Origin: Chiloscyllium plagiosum
Taxonomy: Eukaryota
DNA: 33,655 bases
Direction: 5' to 3'
Assembly (NCBI RefSeq): GCF_004010195.1
Contig: NW_025214201.1
Coordinates: 1-33,655, forward strand
Shown here in pieces: positions 12,541 to 23,989 of the stretch (positions are counted from its first letter, which is position 1; the number at the start of each line of letters is the position of its first letter). Below the pieces are notes generated by a model that worked only from the letters and a program-made list of their open reading frames with translations, searched no databases and was not told the DNA's origin. The position numbers and the translations under genes are program-made.

Positions 12541-12917
12541 GTTGCCAATTACTGTATCGACATCAGAAGGAATAGAAAAACAGCATATTCTCTAAATGGA
12601 GAGACATCTCAGAATTCAGATGTACAGTGGATGTCCTTGTACGTGAATCACAAAATTACTCTTCAGGTACAGTCAGTGATTACATAGGTAAACAAAATGG
12701 CCAGAGGAATGGAACATCACAAGCATTTTTTTAATTCCAGTTGAACAGGGTGAAAAACATCTGGAGAGAAAGGAAATAAACATGTTAGAAGCAGTTCAGA
12801 AGAGGTTCATTCCTGCACGCATTGGCATTTAAAAGAATACGTGAATTTCTTGAGATAGTCAAATCCTGAGATGACTTGACAGGGTGAAGGCTGAAATTAT
12901 GTTTGTTCCCTTTTCTT

Positions 12918-13369
12918 GTTCATTCACAGGATGTGGGTGTCACAGGCTGTGCCAGCATTCATTATCTATCCGTAGTTACCCAGAGGGCAGTTAAGAGTCA
13001 TCAACACTGCTGTGGCTCTGGGGTTATGGATAAGCCAGACTGGGTAAGAAGGCAGCTTTCTTCCCTAACGGGCATTAATGAACCAGATGGGTTTTTCTGA
13101 CTATCAACAATGGTTTTGTGGTCATCACAATTCCCGCCTCAGGCGACTGACTGTGTGGAGTTTGCACGTTCTCCCCGTGTCTGCGTGGGTTTCCTCCGGG
13201 TGCTCCGGACCAGATGGGTTTTTCTGACTATCAACAATGGTTTTGTGGTCATCATTAGATTCGCAATTCAAATACCCCCATCTACTGTGGCGAGATTTGA
13301 ACCTGGGTTTGCAAGACATTACCTGGATTAATAGTTGACCAGTAATATCACTAACCCATCACCTCCCCC
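12918..13369 (-). mobile_element. tRNA-derived SINE (second family), interrupted by an insertion
   Basis: Minus-strand head ggggaggtgatgggttagtg...ggttcaaatc; tail resembles the 3' end of the LINE at ~30.2 kb. Confidence 0.75.
13128..13208 (+). mobile_element. Internal fragment of an HE1-like SINE between perfect 46-bp direct repeats
   Basis: Near-identical to 23348-23427; flanks 13082-13127 and 13209-13254 are identical. Confidence 0.9.
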
Positions 13370-14179
13370 AAATGGAAACCAGCAGACACATTTTAAAAAT
13401 AGGAGAGTCTTCCATTTAAGATGAAGATTAAGAAAAGTTGTTTTCCTTTGTTGAGTCTTTGGAGGAACATCATTTGAATATTTTTAAAGAGAAGGTTAAT
13501 AGATTGTTAACCTTTCTGTCACTTGTTAATCATTGGGATATGTTGAAATGTGGCGTTGAGGCCACCATCAGATGAACTATTATCTTACTAAATGGCAGAT
13601 TGGGCTTCAGGAACTGAACATCTTACTACGATCCTAATTTCTATATACTGTATTATCATCTTATGAACCAGAGAAACAAATCAGGAAGTTTCAGGGGAAA
13701 TGCCTCCTTTCTTTTGTGAAGCAATTAATTATGTAAATTTTAGTGAACCATAGTCATATGTGACATCACTCAAGGTTAACTTGACCATCTTCTATTCTGC
13801 TTTACTGCTATCCCCTCTCAAGAAATAGCCAAGTCTCTCCTTAAGGCATGTGGTGTACTCCTACATACCAGAGACTTTGGCAGTGAGATCAAAACAAGTG
13901 AGTTGTACATTTTACTGAGATGTGAAAGTGAAAGTTTGTGAAGATTGCTGAACCATGGCAAAGAATAACAAAAGCTGAATCAATTTTGAACTTAAGTTAG
14001 TGATTTTATGATAGGAAGTACTTCAAATGAAGCCCTCTTTTGGGAGTTCCTCTATATTAAGATAATTTGTTTTGACTGGCTTGATGGGTTCAGAAATAGC
14101 TGATTAGTCCAGTATATGATCGGCAAACTCTGCCACACGTGGGACAGGTGGTGCACGAGGATGAGGTACCTAGATTGTT

Positions 14180-14375
14180 TGAAGGCTTGTGCTCTTCGGT
14201 TGATAGCCAACTTCACCTCTTGTATATTTTTGACAAAGCCACCAATATGTTTAGTACCTTCCTAAATGAGCTGACTTCCGTTTGGTCAGTCACAGTCCAA
14301 GGGCTTTCATGAGTCAGCAGTTATGTTTAATGTCTTCAGGGATACTTGAGGATGTTCATAAAGCATTTCTGCTAA
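14180..14375 (-). mobile_element. Possible RTE LINE 3' remnant
   Basis: Minus strand resembles a decayed QRKRFKDxLKxSLK motif. Confidence 0.35.
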
Positions 14376-14875
14376 GTAAGTTCAACTTTGTCCTACTGTA
14401 TAGATAGGCAAAATGGTGTATAATTGACCACAAGGATTAGCCAGATACACATTGCAATGATTTTGCTCTTTCTTACCAAATCCTTTTCTTCTCCTCCTGT
14501 CTTTAAAAAATTGACTCATTGATGGCTTTTCAGGTAAACTTAGCAGTGAGTGTTATAAGCCAAAATCAATGAGCTTGACCATAGTCTTCCCTGATGTTCT
14601 TGTTTCTCGCAAGATCCACTGGATAGTGGCTAAGCTAACTGTACGGCATTGATCATCTTCTTGACTGACATCACTTAACACAATGTGTTCCACAGCTGAT
14701 GCCTCTTTGGTGTATTGCTACATGATGGCTAAATATCTTGAGCCATCAGGAGAACCTGAATCTGTATTCTGACAGTTTGAATTTGAACAAAAAAAATTAA
14801 CATTCATAGATGTATGCATCGCTGATAGAGCCATCAATTGTTGCCCATATTTAGTTTCCCTTGAATAAATGGTAG

Positions 14876-15545
14876 CCCCTGGGGAGTGTTGCCAAACAAA
14901 GAGACTTAAAGGGGTGCAGGTGCATAGTTCCTTAAAATTGGAGTCACAGGTAGACTAAATACGAAGAAGCGTTTGGCACGCTTGCTTTCATTGGTTAGAA
15001 CATTGTGTGTAATAACTGGGATGTCATGTTGTAGCTGTCCAGGACATTGGTGAGGCTACTATTGGAATACTGTGTACAATTTTGGTCACCCATGTTAACC
15101 TTGAGAGGATGCAGAAAAGATGTACAAGGATGTTGCTGGGACTGGAGGGTTTGAGCTATTGGGAGAGGGTGAATGAGCTGGGGCATTTTTTCTGGAACAT
15201 TTTGAGTCTGGGGGCTGACCTTATAGAGGTTTATAAAATCATGAGGTGCATGGATAGGGTGAATAGTCTTTATTCCTAGGGATATAGGTTTAAGGTGAGA
15301 GAAGAAAAATTTAAAAAGGATCTGAAGGGTAACTTTTTCACAAGAGGGTGGTGTGTATCTGGAATGAGCAGCCAGAGGAAGTGAGGGAGGCTGGGTGCAA
15401 TTCCAGCATTTAAAAGGCATCCAGATGGGTGTATGAATAGGAATGGTTTAGAGGGACATGGTGCCAAGTGCTGGCAAATGAGACCAGGTCAGATTGGGAT
15501 GTTTGATCAGCACGGTTGAGTTGTTTCCATACTGTAAGATTCTAT
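14876..15545 (+). mobile_element. CR1 LINE 3' fragment
   Basis: LERMQKRCTRML...ADLIEVYKIM; colinear with 31660-32310. Confidence 0.9.
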
Positions 15546-15689
15546 CGGTTTGAATTCTATTATCTTGCTACTTCCTGATTGAGGGCACACGTTTTTTAGT
15601 TTTATTTGAATTGAACAACATGCAAGAACATTTTTGAACTCTGAAAAATAAACCAAATAAGGCAGTCCTACTGAAATACACTGCCTGCA

Positions 15690-15935
15690 ACATTTGGAAA
15701 GACAAGGGCATCAGGTGCATGGAAGGGCTATTAGTCCATGTGATACACCATCAGCTTTTGGACACTATCCTACCCAGTTCTCCAATAATCCTTTCTTGGT
15801 CAAAATCTTGGAACTGCCTATTCAACACCATCATAAGAGAATGGTCTTCACACAGACAGGAGTAATTCAGGAAGACAGCTCAATGACACCTGGAGCATAA
15901 TTGGCAGCTTTACCAGTAATGCCCATATTTCATGT
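15690..15935 (+). mobile_element. Highly decayed 3' end of the LINE family at 27.6-30.2 kb
   Basis: ggtcaaaatcttggaac and ttcaggaagacagctca match the 30070-30150 region. Confidence 0.5.
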
Positions 15936-16185
15936 TTTGTATTTAAGTGCCTCAAGCTATCTGCAAACAAATAGTACTGCATTGGTCTAATGGACCAAGT
16001 ATTGACATTTTCACCTCTGTCTAAGAATAAAAGGATCATAACTTGTATTAATCACTGGAGCATACCAAGAGGAGAGGTCTTATAGCTCATAATGGCAATC
16101 TTGTGTAGTTGTTGTGAAAAAGAGGACGTAAAATGAAATAAAACTCAATATTGCTAATATTACTTATTTACCCCTCCTTTTTCAG

Positions 16186-16312
16186 GCATTACAACTGATA
16201 TAACTACAATTCTGACTGCGTTCTTTGGCACTGTGTTATTTTTAATTCTATTGGTGTTCTTTATCTGGTATTACTGCAAGCAGCGGAGACACAAAGATCG
16301 AAGTAGTGCAAG
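16186..16312 (+). CDS. PRRG2: PRRG-family exon: transmembrane segment (GITTDITTILTAFFGTVLFLILLVFFIWYYCKQRRHKDRSSA)
   Basis: Strong polypyrimidine tract + cAG; donor AG|GTAGGT; phase 1 in, phase 2 out; hydrophobic run followed by a basic stop-transfer segment. Confidence 0.92.
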
Positions 16313-16856
16313 GTAGGTTTTGACACATTTACATATACTTTATCCTTTATGTATACACATGTGCAATGTCTATTTGAAAAATTAGCATGAAAATGTTTTT
16401 GATTCCATATTGGCTTTGTCCTATTGTGATATGTGTACGTTTCTGAGAACTGTAAGAGCATTAGTAAACTGAAATGTTTCAGTCAGTGAGGCCATCCGTA
16501 CATTTGTGTGAAATCTGAAATGTTAATGCTTCGATCAAGGAATTGTGGCTAAGTCTGTCTTTAATCCACAGTTCTGGGGGTTTGATTTCAGAAATAAGAG
16601 GTCACCCATTTAAGAAAAAGGAAGGATCTTCTGTCTGAAAGTCATGAGTCTTTGCATTTATCTCGGGTAGAGAACTTCAAAAGTTCTTTTGAAGCTTTAA
16701 ATAGAAATTTCTAGAAATACCACAGCAGGATGGTCCACATCAGTAAAGAAGAAAAGGTAGATTAACTTATAAGTTCTTATGAGGATTGCACCTGAAAAGG
16801 GAAGGAGAAATTTTTTTGCGCTTTACCCACTAAGGATCATGACTATACCACCGTTT

Positions 16857-16874
16857 GACCACTAGGTGGTGCAT
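16857..16874 (+). promoter_or_regulatory. Candidate CTCF site
   Basis: gaCCACTAGGTGGTGCat resembles the CTCF core motif. Confidence 0.45.
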
Positions 16875-16966
16875 CATCTCCATCTACCTTTCAAGCAATA
16901 AAATCATAGTTCATAACTTTTAAGTTTTGGAGTTTGCTTGCTAACAGGCAGGACTGAATGCAGTAT

Positions 16967-17153
16967 GGGTGGCATGATGGCTAAGTTGTTAGCACAACTG
17001 CCTCAGCATCAAGCACTGGGATCAATTCCAGCCTGAGGTCACTGTGTGGAGTTTGCATGTTCTCCCCATGTTTGTGTGGGTATCAGTTGTGTGCTCTGGT
17101 TTCCTCTCACAGCCCAAAGATGGGCAGGTTAGGTGGATTAGCCATAGGAAATT
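16967..17153 (+). mobile_element. HE1/V-SINE-like SINE, 3'-truncated
   Basis: Head and central domain present. Confidence 0.8.
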
Positions 17154-17774
17154 ACTTTTCAGTTTGTTTCCACTGTCCCTTGAAGTAGCATGTTCCAGAT
17201 CATCATAACAGACATTGGATGTTTGGGAAGTTGCTGGGGGGGGTGGGAGGGGGTGAGACATCAACAGGACATGAATCACTAACAAACTGCAAACTGGCAT
17301 TGGATAGATTGTATACATCGTGTGGTTGGTGAATGGAATGGGTTTCAGTTTTTGGGGCACTAGTACTACGACAGGGGTAGAAGGGAGTAGTTTTGGTGGA
17401 TTAGGCTTCACTTGAACTATACTGGGACCAATGCGTTGGTAAATTGAATAATTAGCACTCTCGCAAGGGCATTAAACTAATTAGAGAATGTGTAGGTTTA
17501 CAAAGCAAAAGGATATGGTGGCATTGCAGGGCAGCTGTTTAGGTGATAATAGAGTAGGACAGGAAAAGATAGAACATGTACAAATGTTTTTTTAAAAAGA
17601 GGTCAAAAATTAACAGCTTTCTTAAATGTACATAGAATTCTGAACAAACTAAATGAATTAATATAGTAGTACAGCAATGAAACAGACCCTTAGGTCCAAC
17701 CCGTCCACACTGACCAGACATCCCATTCTGACCTAGTCCCATTTTTCCAGCATTTGGCCCATATCCCTATAACT

Positions 17775-17845
17775 AGGAGAAAGTGAGGACTGCAAATGCT
17801 GGAGAGTCACTGGAAAAACACAGCAGGTCAGGCAGCATCTGAGGA
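17775..17845 (-). mobile_element. Short terminal fragment of a Penelope-like element
   Basis: aggagaaagtgaggactgcaaatgctggag...cagcaggtcaggcagcatc. Confidence 0.75.
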
Positions 17846-18187
17846 TCTCTCCTTAAACCTATGCCCTCTAGATTTGGACTCTGTTCTCTTCCCCCCCCGC
17901 CCCACACCCCCCAAACCTAATAAAAAGACCTTGGCTACTCATCCTATCCATGTCCTTGAGCTTCTAATGCAAGGAGGAGAAAACAAAAACTAGCCTTTTT
18001 GGCCTTTCCCTATAACTCAAACCCTACAGTCCCAGCAACATCCTTTATAAATCTTTTCTGCATCCTCTCAAGTTTAACAACATCCTCCCTATAAGAAGAG
18101 TGACCAGAATTAGAAGCAGTGTTCTAAAAGTGGCCCAACCAATGTCCTGTACACTACAACATTATGTCCTGACTGCTATACTCAATG

Positions 18188-18401
18188 CTGAAGATGTGTT
18201 GCTGGAAAAGCGCAGCAAGTCAGGCAGCATCCAGGGAACAGGAGAATCGACATTTCGGGCATAAGCCCTTCTTTCCTGAAGAAGGGCTTATGCCCGAAAC
18301 GTCGATTCTCCTGTTCCCTGGATGCTGCCTGACCTGCTGCGCTTTTCCAGCAACACCTTTTCAGCTCTGATCTCCAGCATCTGCAGTCCTCACTTTCTCC
18401 T
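18188..18401. mobile_element. Penelope-like fold-back insertion, opposite orientation to the 9.8-kb copy
   Basis: 87-bp arms 18187-18273 / 18279-18365; flanking direct repeat ctgctatactcaatg at 18173-18187 and 18400-18414. Confidence 0.85.
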
Positions 18402-19789
18402 GCTATACTCAATGTTCTGACCAATGAAGGCAAGCATGCCAAATGTCTTATTCACCACCCTAGCTATCTGGGACTCCACTTTCAAGGAACTATGCACCTC
18501 CACCCCCATGTCTCTTAGTTTTACAACATTCCCCAGGGACCCACCATTAAGTGTGTAAGTCCTGCCCTGGTTTACAACAAAATGCAACACCACACATTTA
18601 TCTAAAATAAACTCCATCTGCCGCTCCACAGTCCATTGGTCCATCAGATCAAGGTCCCAGTGTACTCTGTGATGATAATCTTCACTGTCCACTACACCAC
18701 CGATTTGCTGTCATCTGCAAACTTACTAATCATGCTTCCTATATTCACATCCAAATCATTTATTATATAAATGATGAAAAGCAGTGGACCAATCCTTGTG
18801 GCACACTGCTGGTGACATACCTTCAGTCTGATAAACAACTCTGTACCATCACTCTCTGTCTCCTACCTTGTCTAATTGGCTAGTTCCTTCTGTGATATAA
18901 CCTTACTAACCCGTCCGCCATACGCAGCCTTGTTGAATGCTTTGCTGAAGTCGATATAGACAATGTCTTACCGCATTGCCATTATCAGTCTTCTTTGTTA
19001 CCTCTTCAAAAACCTCAATCAAGTTAGTGAGACATGATTTCCCATGCACAAAGCCATGTTAACTATCTCTAGTCAGTCCTTGTCTCTCCAAATGCATATA
19101 GATCCTGTCCCTCAGAATCCCATTCAACAGCTTACTCACTGGTCTGTAGTTCCCTGGCTTTCTTTGTCGTGTTTCTTAAATAATGGCACCACAGTAGTCA
19201 ACCTCCAGTCTTGTCAACCTCCAGTCTTATCGCACCTCCCCCCAGCTGTCATTGATATCTCAGCAAAGGGCCCAGCATTCTCTTGCCAGCTTCCCATAAA
19301 GTTCTGGGAAAACCTGATCTGATCCTGGCACCTCCTCTTCTGTAATATGAACTATTTTCAAGAAATCACTTTATTTCCCCAAGTTCCCTCATTTCCTTGT
19401 ACTTCTCCACAGTAAATACTGATATGAAAGTCATTTAGTATCCTATCCATTTCCTGTGGTTCAATACATAGACAGCCACATTGATCTTTAAGCCCTATTC
19501 TCTCCCCAGTTACTCTTTTTCCCTTAATATACTTACAGAATTTATGGCATGAATAAAGGTGAGTGGCTATGATCTTACAGCCATTACAAGGACATCAAAG
19601 CTTGGATGTAAACATACAACGGTATGTGCCTTTTCGAGAAGACGGAGAGAAGGAAAATGTGGCAGGGTGGCATTTTAATATAGAATGGAATTAATGCAAT
19701 AGAAAAATGATCATCGATCAGAAGATGTAGAATCTATGTGGATGAAAGTAATAAAGGGAAAGAGACACTGATGGGAGTAGTTGACAGGA

Positions 19790-20140
19790 CCAGGTGGCTC
19801 AGTGGTTAGCACTGTTGCCTCACAGCGCCAGGGATTCAGGTTCGATTCTAACCTCTGGCGACTGTGCAAACCCCACACTGACATTCTCCCTGTGTCTGTG
19901 TGGGCTTCCCCCCCAGGTTCTCTGGCTTCTTCCCACAATCCAAAGATGTGCAGGTTAGGTGAATTGCCCATGCTAAATTGCCCATCGTGTTCAGGGATGT
20001 GTAGATTAGGTGCATTAGTTAGGGGTAAATAGAAGGTAGGGGAATGGGTCTGAGTGGGTTACTCTTGAGAGGGACGATGTGGACTTGTTGGACCGAAGTG
20101 CCTGTTTCCATGCTATAGGGATTTGTGATTTTATGATTCT
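19790..20140 (+). mobile_element. HE1/V-SINE-like SINE
   Basis: A box ggctcagtgg, B box ggttcgattc, CR1-like tail. Confidence 0.9.
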
Positions 20141-20966
20141 GACAGAAGCTATATTGTAGGGCAGATATAGAATCGGGGAACAGAAGGCAGGTAAAAAAGA
20201 AAGACAACGTATTAATTATAGGTAACTTTTAATTTTTGTAGACTGGAAATATAAATTGATAGGAATGGAAATTAAGAATTCATAGTGTATTTGGGATAGT
20301 TTCTGAGAACAGTATGTGTATATTGATCCAGGGATCAGACTATTTGGATCTGGGAATGTGTAATGAAACAGGTTTAATAAATTGTTTCAGATTAAAATAT
20401 CCCCGAGGAAATAGTTACCAAAACATTCAGTTTGAGTGTGAGGAACTTGAATCTGAAACAACTGTGCTAAACTTTTATAAGAGTAATTATAAAGGGGTGA
20501 AGGCAGAATTGGCTGGGAAAGGAATTCAGCAAAGAAGACAGTTGATGAACAATGCCAGGTGTTTGAGAAAGTAGCTCATGACTCATGACAAACATATCCC
20601 AATGAGGCAAAGAACAGTTGTCTACTAGCATGTGCAACCTACTGGGGTTGATTTACATTATTATTTGTGTGAAAAAGCACTTTCTAATAGAATGGCTACA
20701 GCACAAAGGGAGGCTGTTTTACACATTGCAGCACTGTTGTAAGCTGTAATATTAAGGCTATGAGCCATCCCCCTCAGAAGTAAGGATGAACAATAATTGT
20801 TGGCCCTGCCCATGTCTACATTCTCTGGATGATTTTTTTTTAAATTAGTGATTACGTTTGTACCTCATTGGCTGTGAAGTACTTTGTGACATCAATTGAT
20901 TGTGAAAATACCTGTATAAATTCAAATCTTTACCACAGAGATTTGTAGAGGCTAGGTTATAAAGTA

Positions 20967-21180
20967 CAGGTCGTTCTGCTATAATGCATGTTTCATCAAT
21001 GCGAATTTGTTGTAACACAATTGACGAATAGGGATGCTGTTTCTAAAGTGTGAAATTTTAAAACGCATGTTGGCTTTAGCGCAATTGCATCGTCAACGCT
21101 TTGTTATTTGTATTGTGCAATTCTTGTATAGTGCAGGGACGCACAGGAATGCAAATAACATGCTAAAGAAGAAATGACTA
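20967..21180 (-). mobile_element. Tigger/pogo-like MITE
   Basis: TA|caggtcgttctgctataa...gaaatgacta|TA; left part is the reverse complement of the right end of 9280-9479. Confidence 0.7.
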
Positions 21181-21184
21181 TAAT

Positions 21185-21345
21185 TAAGGTTGAGATAGAC
21201 CGACCTTTTAACCAGTATTGTCAGGTTTATGGGTAAAAGGCAGGAAAGTGAAGTTGAGGATCACTAGGTCAATCAGGATCTCATTGAGTCTGCTCTGCCA
21301 TTCAATGTTCTAAATGGCCTACTTCAGCTCCTATGCCTTAATCTC
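21185..21345 (+). mobile_element. CR1 LINE 3' tail fragment
   Basis: aaggttgagatagac...aatggcctacttcagctcctat; similar to 13490-13645. Confidence 0.65.
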
Positions 21346-22913
21346 TTAGGTCTTCAAGTCTGTTATACTTCCAGTTTTCAGATAGGGTTCATCCTTCAAC
21401 CCTTATCAAAATCTTCAAGTAAGCTATTTAGTCATATGATAGAAGAAGGGGCTGGGAAAATAAGGCTCGATGTAAGTTATCACTGAAATTGAAAGTTGTA
21501 ACCTAAGGAAATTAGCTTTTACCTATAGGGAGCATGTTAACTTTTAACCTCAAGTGGTTACAGACAGCTTGACAAACAACCTAAAGTGAGATTGTTTGCC
21601 ATTGTTGAATTCTGTGACAAGAAAACCACAGGAAACAGAGATCATGAAAGGGTGCAATTATCTTGTTGCAGGGATTCCTATTGCAGATCCAGATTATAGG
21701 CCTGCAGAGTTTTGATTTAGTCATGGTGAGCAGCAAGTAAAATATTTTGACCCTGCTTGATAAATGATTATTTCCAACATGGCTGAGTATAATCTCCCCT
21801 AAGTAACTTGTGTAGGTAATAAATTTTGTGGGGATGATATCTTGTTCTTGTTATGTGTATCAAAGTGGCTTTGAACCTAATTATCAGCTCCATCTCTCAG
21901 TTGACCTGAAGTTATGTTACAAATTGCTCAGTTTGAAAACAACATCTGATTTTCACACTTCTTAAAAATATCTCTTAAACTCAGCTCAACAATTGTGACT
22001 TTCATCAAATCAGATTTACTCCTGAGCAATTTCTATAATTTTGTGCAGTATATTATGCACAGTGTATTTTGCAATAATGGCTTGTACTTCCATCCTCCAT
22101 AGTGGTGGATGCTGACATGTTTGCTTCTATTGATCAGCACAATAGCAACAACAAAGTTCCAACAATTTGACTTGAGCTAAAATCTAAACGTTTTGGAGGA
22201 GAAGCCACAACTTGTATGGATTTATTTATGTACAAGAAAAGAACTATTTCAAATCTTTTCTAAAACTGTATAAGTTTGAATATCAGCATAAGACTGACCT
22301 CTGGGATTATTCTGATTGCTGACAAAGCTACAATCGATAATGACATCGCAATGGACATCTTGCTGTTTGCTCTGACATAAGGCTCTGCTGTATAAATGTT
22401 GTATGTGCCAGTTAGGTTTGCCTTGTACAGTCAGCAGCAAATACCAATACTTTGCTAATAGAAAACTTTGATGAAAACACTTAGTCAAACCAACCTATTT
22501 GGTATCACTTTGGTGTAGTATATATAGCCCACTAATGCTTACTATTTTCATGAATGTTGAAACTTGTACATATATTGCACCTTTAGCACTTTTTTACTGT
22601 TTATTTTTTCTTGTATATAAGAGAAATTCTGACTTGCTGTGGCAACTTGGCTAGAAATAATATAAATGTGGACTTTCATGAGTCACATCTCCTTAAGTGT
22701 GCCTGGTTAGCCAAGCACTGTGGACAGATTTTAATTATTTTTCACCTTCTGTTAATCAATTTTCATTTCTGTACTACTTGTCTTTACTGTATTTTACAAC
22801 CTGAGCTTTTGTTTGAAATTGAACATTTCTATATCCAGTGACTGCGCCATTCCTATAGAAAATAGTCCACTATGTTTGCTTATGCGGGCTTATTAATTGC
22901 CTTGTTTTATCAG

Positions 22914-23039
22914 GCGGATTGAGGAAACCTGCATGAATCCTGTGCCGTTTACAACCGATCCAGAGTCAGCTCTACCTTCCTATGAACAGGCTCTTGTGGC
23001 AACTGGACAATATGATGCACCTCCACCCCCTTATCCAGG
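22914..23039 (+). CDS. PRRG2: PRRG-family exon: cytoplasmic tail (RIEETCMNPVPFTTDPESALPSYEQALVATGQYDAPPPPYPG)
   Basis: Acceptor ttttatcAG; phase 2 matches the TM exon; LPxY and PPxY WW-binding motifs; ends GG|GTAAGT, or at TAA 23041-23043 if unspliced. Confidence 0.93.
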
Positions 23040-23295
23040 GTAAGTAATACTCTATTTTATGAGCTCTTGCATTAGTTCATCTCCTGGTAATCTGTATACA
23101 AGAACCTCCTCTTAATAGGTGACATAGTGTGAAAGGTATCATAAAAATTCCAAGTTCATTCTCTTTTGGAGACATGTATGAGATGGACTAAAGATGATAT
23201 CTTCTGCTTTCCAAAGATCTTTCAATCTAAGATGTGTAAGCCAGTATTCTGGGTAGAAGTTGGGCTTGGAAAATTGTTTCCCAAAATTGTTTTGT

Positions 23296-23601
23296 GGGTG
23301 GCTCAGTGGTTAACACTGCTGCCTCATAGCACCAGAGACCCAGGTTCGATTCCAGCCTCGGGTGACTGTCAGTGTGGAGTTTGCACATTCTCCCTGTGTC
23401 TGCGTGGGTTTCCTCCGGGTGCTCCGGTTTCCTCCCACAGTCCAAAGATGTGCAGGTCAGGTGAATTGGCCATGCTAAATTGCCCATGGTGCTAGGTGCA
23501 TTAGTCAGAGGGAAATGGGTCTGGGTGGGTTACTCTTTGGAGGGTCAGCGTGGACTGGTTGGGCCGAAGGGCCTGTTTCCACACTACAGAGAATCTAATC
23601 T
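23296..23601 (+). mobile_element. HE1/V-SINE-like SINE, well preserved
   Basis: Intact A/B boxes, central domain and tail gggccgaagggcctgtttcc. Confidence 0.92.
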
Positions 23602-23989
23602 TAAAATAAAACTATAACATGCAATAGTCGGGACTCAAAAGTGAGTTTTGTCATTTGAGATTGTCGAGAAATCTGTTGTTTGTAATCAACATCCAAGAAA
23701 TTGTAAATAACTGCCATATTGAGCTTAAATGTTAAAATAAACTTAGTGATTGATACGACTATTTTTCCATTATTGTTTTTGAATTAAAATCTTCAGTTCT
23801 TTAGTATTTAACAAAGAGTTGTTGACTTTGTCGATTGAATATTAAAAATTATGTGAAATGTATATTGAAAATGATGGCTGTAATAAGTATATTGTCTATC
23901 AAGTTAACATGGACTAACATTGAAAAAGTTTGACTAGTTGTAACGTGTTACACAACTCTTGGATGTTCAAAAGGGCTTTATGTACAATC

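Larger units (their letters stand above)
7898..13650 (+). mobile_element. Old fragmented CR1 LINE (endonuclease tail, RT, 3' end) hosting nested insertions
   Basis: Decayed PTRE-x-x-LDL, KSPDPDG, GNYRP, LDF-KA, G-SMLGP and KFVDHT (FADD-like) motifs in order at 8.0-9.8 kb; resumes at ~12570-12900 and ~13370-13650. Confidence 0.8.
17660..19540 (-). mobile_element. 5'-truncated CR1 LINE, decayed
   Basis: Colinear with 10130-11930; DKCVVLHF, KFADD (tcatctgcaaactt). Confidence 0.9.
17170..20610 (+). mobile_element. Old CR1 LINE 5' region (ORF1 esterase end + endonuclease), split by younger insertions
   Basis: GFSFWG...LHLN-x-x-GT-like segment at 17340-17435; YDLTAIT and VESMW...GVV segments at 19560-19790; continues 20140-20610. 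Confidence 0.6.

Noticed and set aside
13082..13254. Repeat-spacer-repeat resembling CRISPR
   Set aside because: Only two repeats, the spacer is SINE sequence, eukaryotic context, no cas genes
9823..18414. Sequence-specific target site for the hairpin insertions
   Set aside because: The targets share only a loose TGA-x-x-ATA similarity and there are too few sites
23296..23365. tRNA gene
   Set aside because: A/B boxes run directly into SINE body and tail
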